DNA from: Thermoproteus tenax Kra 1
Lineage (GTDB): Archaea > Thermoproteota > Thermoprotei > Thermoproteales > Thermoproteaceae
Direction of reading: 5' to 3'
NCBI RefSeq assembly: GCF_000253055.1
Contig: NC_016070.1
Coordinates: forward strand, 930,001 to 962,000
Length of the DNA: 32,000 nt
Position numbers and translations under genes: made by a program. Position 1 is the first letter of the stretch, and each line of letters starts with the position of its first letter. Below, piece after piece: positions 17,721 through 25,257 of this stretch. The notes beneath the pieces are model-generated. The model was not told the DNA's origin. It worked only from the letters and a program-made list of their open reading frames with translations, and searched no databases.

Positions 17721-18100
17721 GATTGGCTCACAGCGCAGCTATAGCGCAGGCCATCATCGATAGAGACTCTCGGCGTAGACAGAGCAACACTAATCAAGGG
17801 CATCACGATGAGGGCCGAGTATTTCCACTGGAAGGGGCAGAAGTCATTATATCAAAGCGTTAGGGACGTCAGAAGGAACCTAGGGCTCCATGTCAGCGCT
17901 GACACCGCCTCTACCTAAAGGCGCTCTGGAATATGATAGAGGCAGAGACATTATCGAAATACTGCAGCTAGGGGGCGCGGCAGAGTCCACCGGCCTCTAC
18001 GTCTGCAGAAAGCTCGGCGTCGCTCTGAATGCCGACGTGAACGCCGCGAGAAACATCGCCGCGAGGGTCGGCCACAAGACGCCGGTGTCGAAAAAGATAG
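17721..18100 (+). pseudogene. tnpB: Decayed C-terminal half of an IS200/IS605-family TnpB (OrfB) gene
   Basis: One frame reads DWLTAQL*RRPSSIETLGVDRATLIKGITMRAEYFHWKGQKSLYQSVRDVRRNLGLHVSADTAST*RRSG. This resembles TnpB blocks D-x-LHK..., W-x-x-x-x-L...YKA..G..V..VDP-x-YTS-x-C-x-x-CG. After a frame change it reads LYVCRKLGVALNADVNAARNIAARVG, the RuvC-III N-A-D-x-N-A-A-x-N-I signature. In-frame stops are present, a zinc-finger Cys is lost, and the N-terminal half is absent. Confidence 0.5.
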
Positions 18101-18107
18101 AGGCGTA

Positions 18108-18165
18108 CCGCCCGGCGTCGGGCGGATTAAAGCCCCCGCAGTGCGGCCCCCGCCCTTTAGGGCGG
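18108..18165 (+). repeat. Two GC hairpins just after the TnpB relic (candidate IS right-end / omega-RNA scaffold remnant)
   Basis: ccgcccg-gcgt-cgggcgg (18108-18125) is a perfect 7-bp stem. ccgccc-ttta-gggcgg (18150-18165) is a perfect 6-bp stem. Confidence 0.35.
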
Positions 18166-18245
18166 AGAGCGCGGTCATCTTCAGCATCCTATGTGCATGT
18201 ACGATCATTTCTACTCCCAGCTAGTTAGCTTTGTCAGCCTCTCTC

Positions 18246-18632
18246 TTAAAGTGAATTTTGTATATAATCCTCGGCCTTTATGAAGTTGGTCCCTCCCCTT
18301 TTAAGCGCTGAAAATAGCGAGGGCGTAAAGAAATGGATTTCCAACGGTAACCAGAAGGGCAAGCCCTTGCCCTCAAGCCCTCTCATGATTTCTCTTACAA
18401 TTTCTCTTCTCTCTTCCGGAACTTTTTCAACAAGTATTGCAACATCTATATCACTTGAAGCAGTGTACCTCCCCTCAATGATCGACCCAAAAAAGTACAC
18501 CTCCCCTCTTACGTTGTATTTCTCTAGGGCTTGTTTGACCGCATTGTAAATCAAAACTGAGATGCGCGGGAAATCTGATAACAGCCTCATCTTTTCCCTA
18601 ACGAATTCAATATAGGCATCTAGCCCGCTCAT
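18246..18632 (-). CDS. Minimal nucleotidyltransferase (MNT, pol-beta superfamily), orphan toxin-antitoxin-type component
   Basis: VYFFGSIIEGRYTASSDIDVAILV gives the G-S-x(9-10)-D-x-D catalytic signature. 128 aa. AT-rich gene. Own TATA-like 'tttaaatatt' about 30 nt upstream. Confidence 0.7.
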   Translation of the reverse strand: MSGLDAYIEFVREKMRLLSDFPRISVLIYNAVKQALEKYNVRGEVYFFGSIIEGRYTASSDIDVAILVEKVPEERREIVREIMRGLEGKGLPFWLPLEIHFFTPSLFSALKRGGTNFIKAEDYIQNSL

Positions 18633-18911
18633 TTTACCAAGCTAAATATCTCTTGCATAATATTTAAACACTGCCTCGCATCGTCTTCCGTGTAGCAGTC
18701 TTTCAACATCATCGTAACTCCCCATCGTTTAGACCTTTGAGGCCTTCTTAAGGTTAACCCCCTCCGTCGATCGCCGCAAGTGCTCTGTTGAGACCTTCGG
18801 CGGACGAGGCGCTTTACGACTAAACAATATAATTCTCAACATTGTTGCACGTTAATCTATCTTTGGACATAAATCTAAACAAACTCTTAATATAGGCGGC
18901 CGGATCCAGCC

Positions 18912-19460
18912 GTGCGCCTCGTGATAAGCTGCATGGACTACAGGCTCTCCGAGGAGATAGCCAAGAGGGCCCGCGAGGGCGACCTCATTTTGAGGACCGC
19001 GGGCGCCAACGTCAACGGCCTGAGGAGCTATCTTTCCGGGCTGGACGTAGAGGAGGTTCTCTATCTTCCTCATACAGACTGCGCCGCTCTGAAGTTGGTC
19101 TACTCGGCGATAGTAGAAGGCAGGCCTGTGGATCCAGCTGTGGAGGAGGCGCTGGTCTCGTTGTACAGAGGTAGAGAGTTCTCCACTATGGAGGAGCTCG
19201 AGAGGATACACGTCGAGCTCCAGACGTCGATCTTGAAGTCCCTCTTCCCGAGGGCAAAGGTCTCCGTGGAGATTATCGACGTGTCCAAGGTCAAGCCACT
19301 TCAGAGGAAGTCCGTCTATCACTTGCTCAAGCCCTCCAGCAGATACGATCAAGAGGTGCTGGGAGCCTACATCATCCAAGCGCCCAAGAGAGAGGACGTC
19401 GAGGCTGATATAAAGATCGCAGAGAGCCTAGGGCTGAGGCCCGGGAGGTCTGAGATTTAA
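18912..19460 (+). CDS. Beta-carbonic-anhydrase-like metalloprotein (C-x-D-x-R ... H-x-x-C)
   Basis: GTG start. MRLVISCMDYRLSEE...GDLILRTAGANV...VEEVLYLPHTDCAAL parallels the beta-CA layout: CxDxR zinc Cys with the Asp/Arg dyad, R-x-A-G, then HxxC zinc ligands. The C-terminal half is not recognised. TATA-like 'cttaatatagg' lies about 20 nt upstream. Confidence 0.5.
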   Translation: MRLVISCMDYRLSEEIAKRAREGDLILRTAGANVNGLRSYLSGLDVEEVLYLPHTDCAALKLVYSAIVEGRPVDPAVEEALVSLYRGREFSTMEELERIHVELQTSILKSLFPRAKVSVEIIDVSKVKPLQRKSVYHLLKPSSRYDQEVLGAYIIQAPKREDVEADIKIAESLGLRPGRSEI

Positions 19461-19840
19461 CAGGTCTTGGCCGAGCCCGGGACCTGCCTCAAAGTCACCG
19501 ACACAAGCTTGGGGCCGCCCCCCTGGTCCAGCTCGGTCTGCCCTATATAGAGGGCATTGCTGGAGTTGTAGACGGCCACTATCGTGGCATCGCAACAACT
19601 TAGCTGGGCGCCCTCGGCCTTGGCCAAAACGGAGCCCGGCACGAAGGCCTCGCCGACGGCGTCGGCGTTTGTGCACCAGACGGCCTTGCCTCCGCTGTAC
19701 AATACTACGTGTGAGTGGGGCGCGAGGCTGCCGTTGGGGAAATAGACGGCGACTACGAGGTACGGAGGCGTGGCAAATAGGGAGAAGACGACAAGGGCAA
19801 CGGCCGCTGCGGCGAAGAGGAGGGCCAGGCCCAAGCTCAT
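19457..19840 (-). CDS. Hypothetical membrane-anchored or secreted protein with four Cys
   Basis: The N-terminal hydrophobic helix MSLGLALLFAAAAVALVVFSLFA is followed by a soluble domain containing C56, C82, C83 and C127. Its start lies 1 nt after the ligase stop, so it is likely co-transcribed. Confidence 0.45.
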   Translation of the reverse strand: MSLGLALLFAAAAVALVVFSLFATPPYLVVAVYFPNGSLAPHSHVVLYSGGKAVWCTNADAVGEAFVPGSVLAKAEGAQLSCCDATIVAVYNSSNALYIGQTELDQGGGPKLVSVTLRQVPGSAKTC

Positions 19841-19841
19841 A

Positions 19842-21728
19842 TTAAAGCTTCTGCCTCAGCTCCTCTATGCTCTCTTCGTCCTCCAACGTGCTTAGATCGC
19901 CCAAGCTCTGTCCGGCGGCCATAGCCCTCAAGACCCTCCTCATCACTTTGCCCGTCCTAGTCTTGGGCAGTTTGTTGAGGATCACCACTCTGCCCACAAC
20001 CGCGATTGGCCCGAGCATTTTCTTTAGATGCGAAACTACCTCGTCCTCCGTTATGTGGGCGCCCATTTTGGGCACTACGAAGACGCCGAGGACGTCGCCT
20101 CTGACGGGGTCAGGTATGCCCACTACAGCGGCCTCGGCCACGGCGGGATGCGACGTAAGTATGTCCTCTACCTCCCTCGTGGAGAGCCTGTGGCCAGCCA
20201 CCTTTATCACGTCGTCGGATCTCCCCAGTATGTGCAAGTGCCCATCCTCGTCCAAATAGCCTAAGTCGCCCGTGTGGTAGTAGCCGGGGAACTTGGACCA
20301 GTAGGATTTGACGTAGCGGTCCGGGTCCCCCCACAGCGTGTGCAAGAAGGCGGGCGGCAGAGGCGGCTTGGCGACGACGTGGCCCTTCTCGCCGGCAGGT
20401 AGCGGCCTCCCGTTGTCGTCTAAGATCTCTATTCTCAGAGTGGGATAGGGGTGGCCCACCGAGCCGTACTTGTATCTGAACCCTCCCAAGTTCATCGAGC
20501 CGGGCGCTGTGACGAAACACGCAGTCTCAGTCTGGCCCCAGATGTCGGCTATGTAGCAGTCGGGCCTCCCTCTACAGACCACGTCCCTCATCCACTTGTA
20601 GGCCTCCTCGTTCAAGACCTCCCCGGTGGGGTAGAGGGCCATCAGCCTCTTGAGGCCGTACTTCATGGGCCATTCATCCCCGTATTTCATTAATAGCCTT
20701 ATAGCCGTCGGCGAGAACAACATGTGGGTCACTCCGAATCTATCGGCTATCTCCCACCATATGCCCGGGTGCGGATAGTCGGGGGCGTCCTCGTACCACA
20801 AGACGGTCAACCCGTTGAGCAATGGGCCGTGGACGCCGTAGTGGTGGCCCGAGATCCAGCCTATGTCCGCAGTGGAGAAGAAGACTATATCATCTCTGAA
20901 CTCCCTCTCGGCGCCTGTGAGGTGGTTGAAGGCGTACCAGATCCAGACCATGTAGGAGCCGTGTAAATGGAGGATGCCCTTGGGCTTGCCGGTGGTGCCC
21001 GAGGTGTAGAGTATAAAGAGCGGGGCATCGCCCTCGACCCACTCGGGCTCTGCGTAGACCTCTCCCCTCAGCTCCCGGGTGGCCTCGTGCCACCAGAGGT
21101 CTCTGCCCTCCCTCATGGGGACCTCGGCGCCCACTCTCCTATAGACTAACACTTGAGCATCTGAGTTGGCGAGCTTCAACGCTTCATCGACTGTGGGCTT
21201 CAACAGAGTCGTCTTGCCCCTTCTGGTCATTCCGTCCGCAGTTATGACTAGAGAGGCTTTGGAGTCCACGATTCTGTCTGCGAGGGCCTGCGCCCCGAAG
21301 CCGGAGAAGACCACTGTGTGTACAGCGCCGATCCTATTCACGGCCAACATAGCCACCATGGCCTCGGGTATCATGGGCATGTATATGGCCACGCGGTCCC
21401 CCCTTCCAACGCCGAGGCTCCTCAACGCCGTGGCCAACTTGTTCACCTCGATGTACAAGTCCCAATACCGCAGGATCCTCGTCTCACCTGAGGCGGAGAC
21501 CCAGATGAGGGCGGCCTTGTTGCCTCTGCCCTCCTTGATGTGTCTGTCGAGGGCGTTGTAGGATATATTGGTCTTCCCTCCCACAAACCACTTATAGAAG
21601 GGCGGGTTAGAGTCGTCGTAGGTCTTCTCCCAGGGCTCCTTCCAGTAGAGCCTCTTGGCCTGCTCGGCCCAAAAGCCCACGGGGTCCTCCAACGACTTTC
21701 TGTAGACCTCCAAGAACTCCTTGGACAT
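19842..21728 (-). CDS. AMP-forming acyl-CoA synthetase of the acetyl-CoA synthetase family; candidate 4-hydroxybutyrate-CoA ligase
   Basis: YTSGTTGKPKG (AMP-binding motif), YHTGDLGYLDEDGH, KLPKTRTGKVMRR, ACS-type N-terminus (FWAEQAKRLYW...PFYKWFVGGKTNISYNALDRH). Substrate is inferred from the cluster context only. Confidence 0.85.
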   Translation of the reverse strand: MSKEFLEVYRKSLEDPVGFWAEQAKRLYWKEPWEKTYDDSNPPFYKWFVGGKTNISYNALDRHIKEGRGNKAALIWVSASGETRILRYWDLYIEVNKLATALRSLGVGRGDRVAIYMPMIPEAMVAMLAVNRIGAVHTVVFSGFGAQALADRIVDSKASLVITADGMTRRGKTTLLKPTVDEALKLANSDAQVLVYRRVGAEVPMREGRDLWWHEATRELRGEVYAEPEWVEGDAPLFILYTSGTTGKPKGILHLHGSYMVWIWYAFNHLTGAEREFRDDIVFFSTADIGWISGHHYGVHGPLLNGLTVLWYEDAPDYPHPGIWWEIADRFGVTHMLFSPTAIRLLMKYGDEWPMKYGLKRLMALYPTGEVLNEEAYKWMRDVVCRGRPDCYIADIWGQTETACFVTAPGSMNLGGFRYKYGSVGHPYPTLRIEILDDNGRPLPAGEKGHVVAKPPLPPAFLHTLWGDPDRYVKSYWSKFPGYYHTGDLGYLDEDGHLHILGRSDDVIKVAGHRLSTREVEDILTSHPAVAEAAVVGIPDPVRGDVLGVFVVPKMGAHITEDEVVSHLKKMLGPIAVVGRVVILNKLPKTRTGKVMRRVLRAMAAGQSLGDLSTLEDEESIEELRQKL

Positions 21729-21730
21729 AG

Positions 21731-23149
21731 CTACGCTATATTCAGGACGTAGTATTTTATCTCAGTGAACAACAACATAGTGCTTCTGACGCCCTCGCGC
21801 CAGCCCGCGCTCAAGCCCGACATCTTGACGCCGCCGTAGGGCAAAGCGTCGAACCTCACCCTAGTGGAGTCGTTTATCATCACGGCGCCGGCCTTTATGG
21901 CCCTCGCCACTCGGAACGCCCTCTTGTAGTCAGAGGTAAACACGGCGGACTGTAGGCCGTATTGAGTCCAGTTTGCTAACTCCACGGCCTCTCTCTCGTC
22001 CTCAAAGGGCGCCACGGGCAAAACGGGGCCGAAGACCTCCTCTCTAAACGCCTTGGCCTCGGGGGGCCTTCCGTCGAAGGCCACAAGCGTCGGCTCAAAG
22101 AAGTAGCCCTTCCTCTGCATCCTCCTGCCTCCGTACAACAGCTTCCCTCCCTTCTCCACGGCGTCTGCCACAATGCCCTCCATGGCCTTCACCATCTTGT
22201 CCGATATAACCGGCCCCATCTCTGTGGACTCATCCATGGGGTCCCCCACTTTTATCGCGGCGATCTTCCGCCTCAATATATCCAGGAATTTGTCGTAGAC
22301 CTTCCTCTCCACGAAGACCCTCTTGGTCGCGTTGCAGTTCTGGCCGGCGTTCTCGAACCTGGCTCTGGCTATAATGGAGGCCGCCGCCTCAAGGTCGGCG
22401 TCGGCGAAGACTATGGCGGGATCGGAGCCGCCGGGCGCTATCATGAACTTCTTCCCCCTGCCGGCGGCTTTGGCGGCCACTTGTAGGCCCACCGCCGTGC
22501 TCCCCGTGAAGGATATGCCTACCACCTTTGGGTTGTCTACGAACTCGTTGAATATCTCCTCCCCGCTGCCCACAACTACCTGCACGACGCCTTGCGGCAC
22601 GCCGGCCTTCTGCAATATCTGGGCCATCTTTAGGGCCGTAAGCGGAGTGTGGGAGGAGGGCTTTGCGATCACAGTGTTGCCTGCGGCGATGACGGGGGCT
22701 ATCTTATGTGCGAAGGTCGAGGCCGGGTTATTGTAGCTGAGGGCTCCCGCCACAACGCCCATGGGCTCCCTGACCTCCATCGCGATCCTGTTCTCGTTGG
22801 CCAGGGGGTAGTCGTAGGCGTCGACCCTCGGGATCTTCCCCTCGAGGATATATTTGGCCTCCTCGGCGCTGGCCCTAAATATTTCGATCGCTCTTCGTAG
22901 CTCCGCCCTTGCGTCCCTTATAGGTTTGCCGGACTCTGCGACCAACGTGTTTATCAGCGTATCGTCGGCCTCGATAAGATCTGCGGCCCTCCTCAAAAGC
23001 TTGGCCCTCTCCCTTAAGGGGAGCTCGGACCATCTATAAAAGGCGTCCTCGGCCTCATCTATAGCCCTCCTCACCTCCTCCCTTGAGGCCGAGGGGAGCA
23101 CGGCCAACACCTCCTCGGTGGCGGGATTCACAACGACGACGTCCGGCAT
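21731..23149 (-). CDS. Aldehyde dehydrogenase superfamily protein, probably CoA-acylating (candidate succinyl-CoA reductase)
   Basis: ALDH blocks FTGSTAVG and catalytic Cys in ENAGQNCNAT. The usual general-base block ELGG reads APGG (22427-22438). ATG 23149 is chosen because the TATA lies 20 nt upstream. The ORF-track GTG at 23164 would sit only about 6 nt from the TATA. Confidence 0.8.
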   Translation of the reverse strand: MPDVVVVNPATEEVLAVLPSASREEVRRAIDEAEDAFYRWSELPLRERAKLLRRAADLIEADDTLINTLVAESGKPIRDARAELRRAIEIFRASAEEAKYILEGKIPRVDAYDYPLANENRIAMEVREPMGVVAGALSYNNPASTFAHKIAPVIAAGNTVIAKPSSHTPLTALKMAQILQKAGVPQGVVQVVVGSGEEIFNEFVDNPKVVGISFTGSTAVGLQVAAKAAGRGKKFMIAPGGSDPAIVFADADLEAAASIIARARFENAGQNCNATKRVFVERKVYDKFLDILRRKIAAIKVGDPMDESTEMGPVISDKMVKAMEGIVADAVEKGGKLLYGGRRMQRKGYFFEPTLVAFDGRPPEAKAFREEVFGPVLPVAPFEDEREAVELANWTQYGLQSAVFTSDYKRAFRVARAIKAGAVMINDSTRVRFDALPYGGVKMSGLSAGWREGVRSTMLLFTEIKYYVLNIA

Positions 23150-23275
23150 AGGCCACAAAATCACGATACTTATAAATTTTTCTTTACTAATATATGTTTT
23201 TAATTTTTATAATTATTTAATATTATATATCTTTATTCAGGAAATAACCTTTAAATAAGCCATCTAGAGCGGTCT
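23150..23275. promoter_or_regulatory. Divergent AT-rich promoter region: ALDH/ligase operon <-> 4-hydroxybutyryl-CoA dehydratase operon
   Basis: 'cttataaatttttct' (23169-23183) reads as BRE/TATA on the minus strand. 'tttaaata' (23250-23257) lies 26 nt before ATG 23276. Confidence 0.55.
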
Positions 23276-24772
23276 ATGGGATTAAGGACGGGGGATCAGT
23301 ATGTGGAGGGCCTCCGGAGGAGGAAGCACGTCGAGGTCTACGTCTTGGGCAAGTTGGTGGAGGATGTAACGACGCACCCGTTCCTGAAGCCGTCGGTCAA
23401 AGCCTTTAAGGCGACATTCGATGCAGCCTTCGATGAAGACACGCGGGCTCTGGCCAGAGTAAAGAGCCCGTTCATAGGCGAGGAGATAAACAGATTCGTC
23501 CACATACATCAGGGGCCCGAGGATCTTGTGGCGAAGGTTAAACTGTTGAGGAAGCTGAGCCACAAGGTGGGGACGTGCTTCCAGAGGTGTGTGGGCTGGG
23601 ACGCCCTCAACACCATGTATATAGTCACGGGCAAGCTCGCCGAGAGGGAGGGCAAGAAGGTCTACTTCGAGAGATTCGTCGAGTATCTGAAGTACGTCCA
23701 GAAGAACGACCTGGCGCTGGCGGGGGCTATGACTGACGTCAAGGGAGTAAGATCGCTGAGGCCCCACGAGCAGCCCAACAAGGACGCCTATGTCCACGTT
23801 GTTGAGGAGAGGGGCGACGGGATAGTGGTCAGAGGCGCCAAGGCCAATATAACGGGGGTCGCCGTAGTGGACGAGGTAGTCGTCATGCCCACGAGGGCTA
23901 TGACGGAGAAGGACGCTGAGTACGCCGTGGCCTTCGCAATCCCTCTGGACACGCCGGGCGTCAAAGTCGTCGTGGGGAGACAAGTCAACGACCTCAGGAG
24001 GTTCGAGGGGGAGATCGACGGCCTGCCCTATCTGTTCAACCACGAGGGGCTGGTGATATTCGAGGACGTGTTCGTCCCCTGGGAGAGAGTCTTCTTCTAT
24101 AAGGAGTGGAAACATTCGGGGGAGCTTGTGGAGATATTCGCAAGCTTCCACAGACAGGGCTACGCCGGATGCAAGTCGGGGCTCGGCGATGTCATAATAG
24201 GCGCTTCGTTCAATCTAGCTAGACAGCTCGGCATCGCCGACAAGCCCCACGTCCAGGAGAAGCTCACCGAGATGGTGTTTCTGAACGAGACTATGTACTC
24301 CGCAGGCCTCGCGGCGAGCTGGGAGGGGAGGAAGCTGTTGAAGGACGGAGGCTGGTGGGTCAACCCCATGTTCGCCAATATAACTAAACATCTGGTGGCG
24401 AGGTTCCCCTACGAGATAGCCAGACTCTCCCACGACATTGCCGGAGGCATTATCGCCACGGGACCCAGCGAGGCGGATCTCAAGAACCCCGATCTGAGGA
24501 AGCTAATCGAGAAATATATACAAGGAGTGCCGGAGTTTACGGCCGAGGACAGGCTGCGGATGGTGCGCCTGTTGGAGAACATAAGCTTGAGCGCCGCCTA
24601 CCTCGTTGAGTCTGTCCACGGCGCCGGCAGCCCCCAGGCTCAGCGTATATCTATCCAGAGGCTCTACGATCTTCAGAAGGCCGAGATGATAGCCAGACGC
24701 CTCGCCGGTATGACCAACGCCCAGCTGGATCAAAAGGTCGAGCCCCACAAGCCCTCGGACGCAGAAAGATGA
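23276..24772 (+). CDS. abfD: 4-hydroxybutyryl-CoA dehydratase / vinylacetyl-CoA isomerase
   Basis: [15 protein letters not shown]-terminus. The [4Fe-4S] ligand pattern [11 protein letters not shown] (C-x3-C) and [12 protein letters not shown] (H-x6-C) is as in clostridial AbfD. 498 aa. Confidence 0.9.
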   Translation: MGLRTGDQYVEGLRRRKHVEVYVLGKLVEDVTTHPFLKPSVKAFKATFDAAFDEDTRALARVKSPFIGEEINRFVHIHQGPEDLVAKVKLLRKLSHKVGTCFQRCVGWDALNTMYIVTGKLAEREGKKVYFERFVEYLKYVQKNDLALAGAMTDVKGVRSLRPHEQPNKDAYVHVVEERGDGIVVRGAKANITGVAVVDEVVVMPTRAMTEKDAEYAVAFAIPLDTPGVKVVVGRQVNDLRRFEGEIDGLPYLFNHEGLVIFEDVFVPWERVFFYKEWKHSGELVEIFASFHRQGYAGCKSGLGDVIIGASFNLARQLGIADKPHVQEKLTEMVFLNETMYSAGLAASWEGRKLLKDGGWWVNPMFANITKHLVARFPYEIARLSHDIAGGIIATGPSEADLKNPDLRKLIEKYIQGVPEFTAEDRLRMVRLLENISLSAAYLVESVHGAGSPQAQRISIQRLYDLQKAEMIARRLAGMTNAQLDQKVEPHKPSDAER

Positions 24773-25188
24773 AAGTAGGGAGGGCGGCTAGGTCTCCCCC
24801 CGTAACGGCGGACCCAAGCCTCAGCATAAGGGATGCCGCCAGACTTATGGCTGAGCGGAGGATAGGGCTCTTGGTTCTGACGAGGGGCAACGAGATCTTC
24901 GGCGTGGTGTCCGAGCGGGATATAGTCCGCGCCGTGGCCCAGGGCCTCGACCTCGGCGCACCTATCGGGGCGATAGCCACTAGGAGCGTAATAACTATAG
25001 ATGCAGAGGCGACCTTAGCGGAAGCTGCGAGGCTTATGCGGGAGAAGGGCGTGAGGCACTTAGTTGTAACAAAGGGCGGGAGGCTCTACGGCGTCCTCTC
25101 CATAAGAGATGTCGTCGACGAGATGGCGCACCTCGAGATGGCGGCAGAGGGCGCCATAAACGTCGAACATACAGCCCCTGCAGATTAA
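24769..25188 (+). CDS. Stand-alone CBS-pair (Bateman domain) protein
   Basis: Two CBS repeats: ...[37 protein letters not shown]... and ...[40 protein letters not shown] overlap with the dehydratase stop. Confidence 0.8.
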   Translation: MKVGRAARSPPVTADPSLSIRDAARLMAERRIGLLVLTRGNEIFGVVSERDIVRAVAQGLDLGAPIGAIATRSVITIDAEATLAEAARLMREKGVRHLVVTKGGRLYGVLSIRDVVDEMAHLEMAAEGAINVEHTAPAD

Positions 25189-25257
25189 TAATTATAATTT
25201 TTCGACATTAATAAAAATGAAAGAAAAAATAATTAAAATATTCAAAAAATAGCAACT
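25189..25257 (+). promoter_or_regulatory. Terminator/promoter spacer upstream of frdA
   Basis: T5 run 'aatttttcg' lies right after the CBS stop. TATA-like 'ttaaaata' (25233-25240) lies 25 nt before ATG 25258. Confidence 0.45.

Noticed and set aside
23282-24151. Long antisense ORFs inside GC-rich genes, for example 289 aa opposite abfD, 177 aa opposite panB (10508-11041), 176 aa opposite the GGR gene (2773-3303), 230 aa inside frdA (25902-26594) and 185 aa opposite gdhA (16875-17432).
   Set aside because: They are Arg/Pro/Gly/Ala-rich, low-complexity translations with no recognisable motifs. They lie fully within genes that carry strong family signatures. They are typical shadow ORFs of high-GC coding DNA.
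25189-25207. On the minus strand 'cgaaaaattataatta' looks like a BRE/TATA that would drive antisense transcription into the CBS gene.
   Set aside because: The same bases read on the plus strand as a T5 tract directly after the CBS stop, which is the expected terminator. AT-rich spacers generate TATA-like words by chance.
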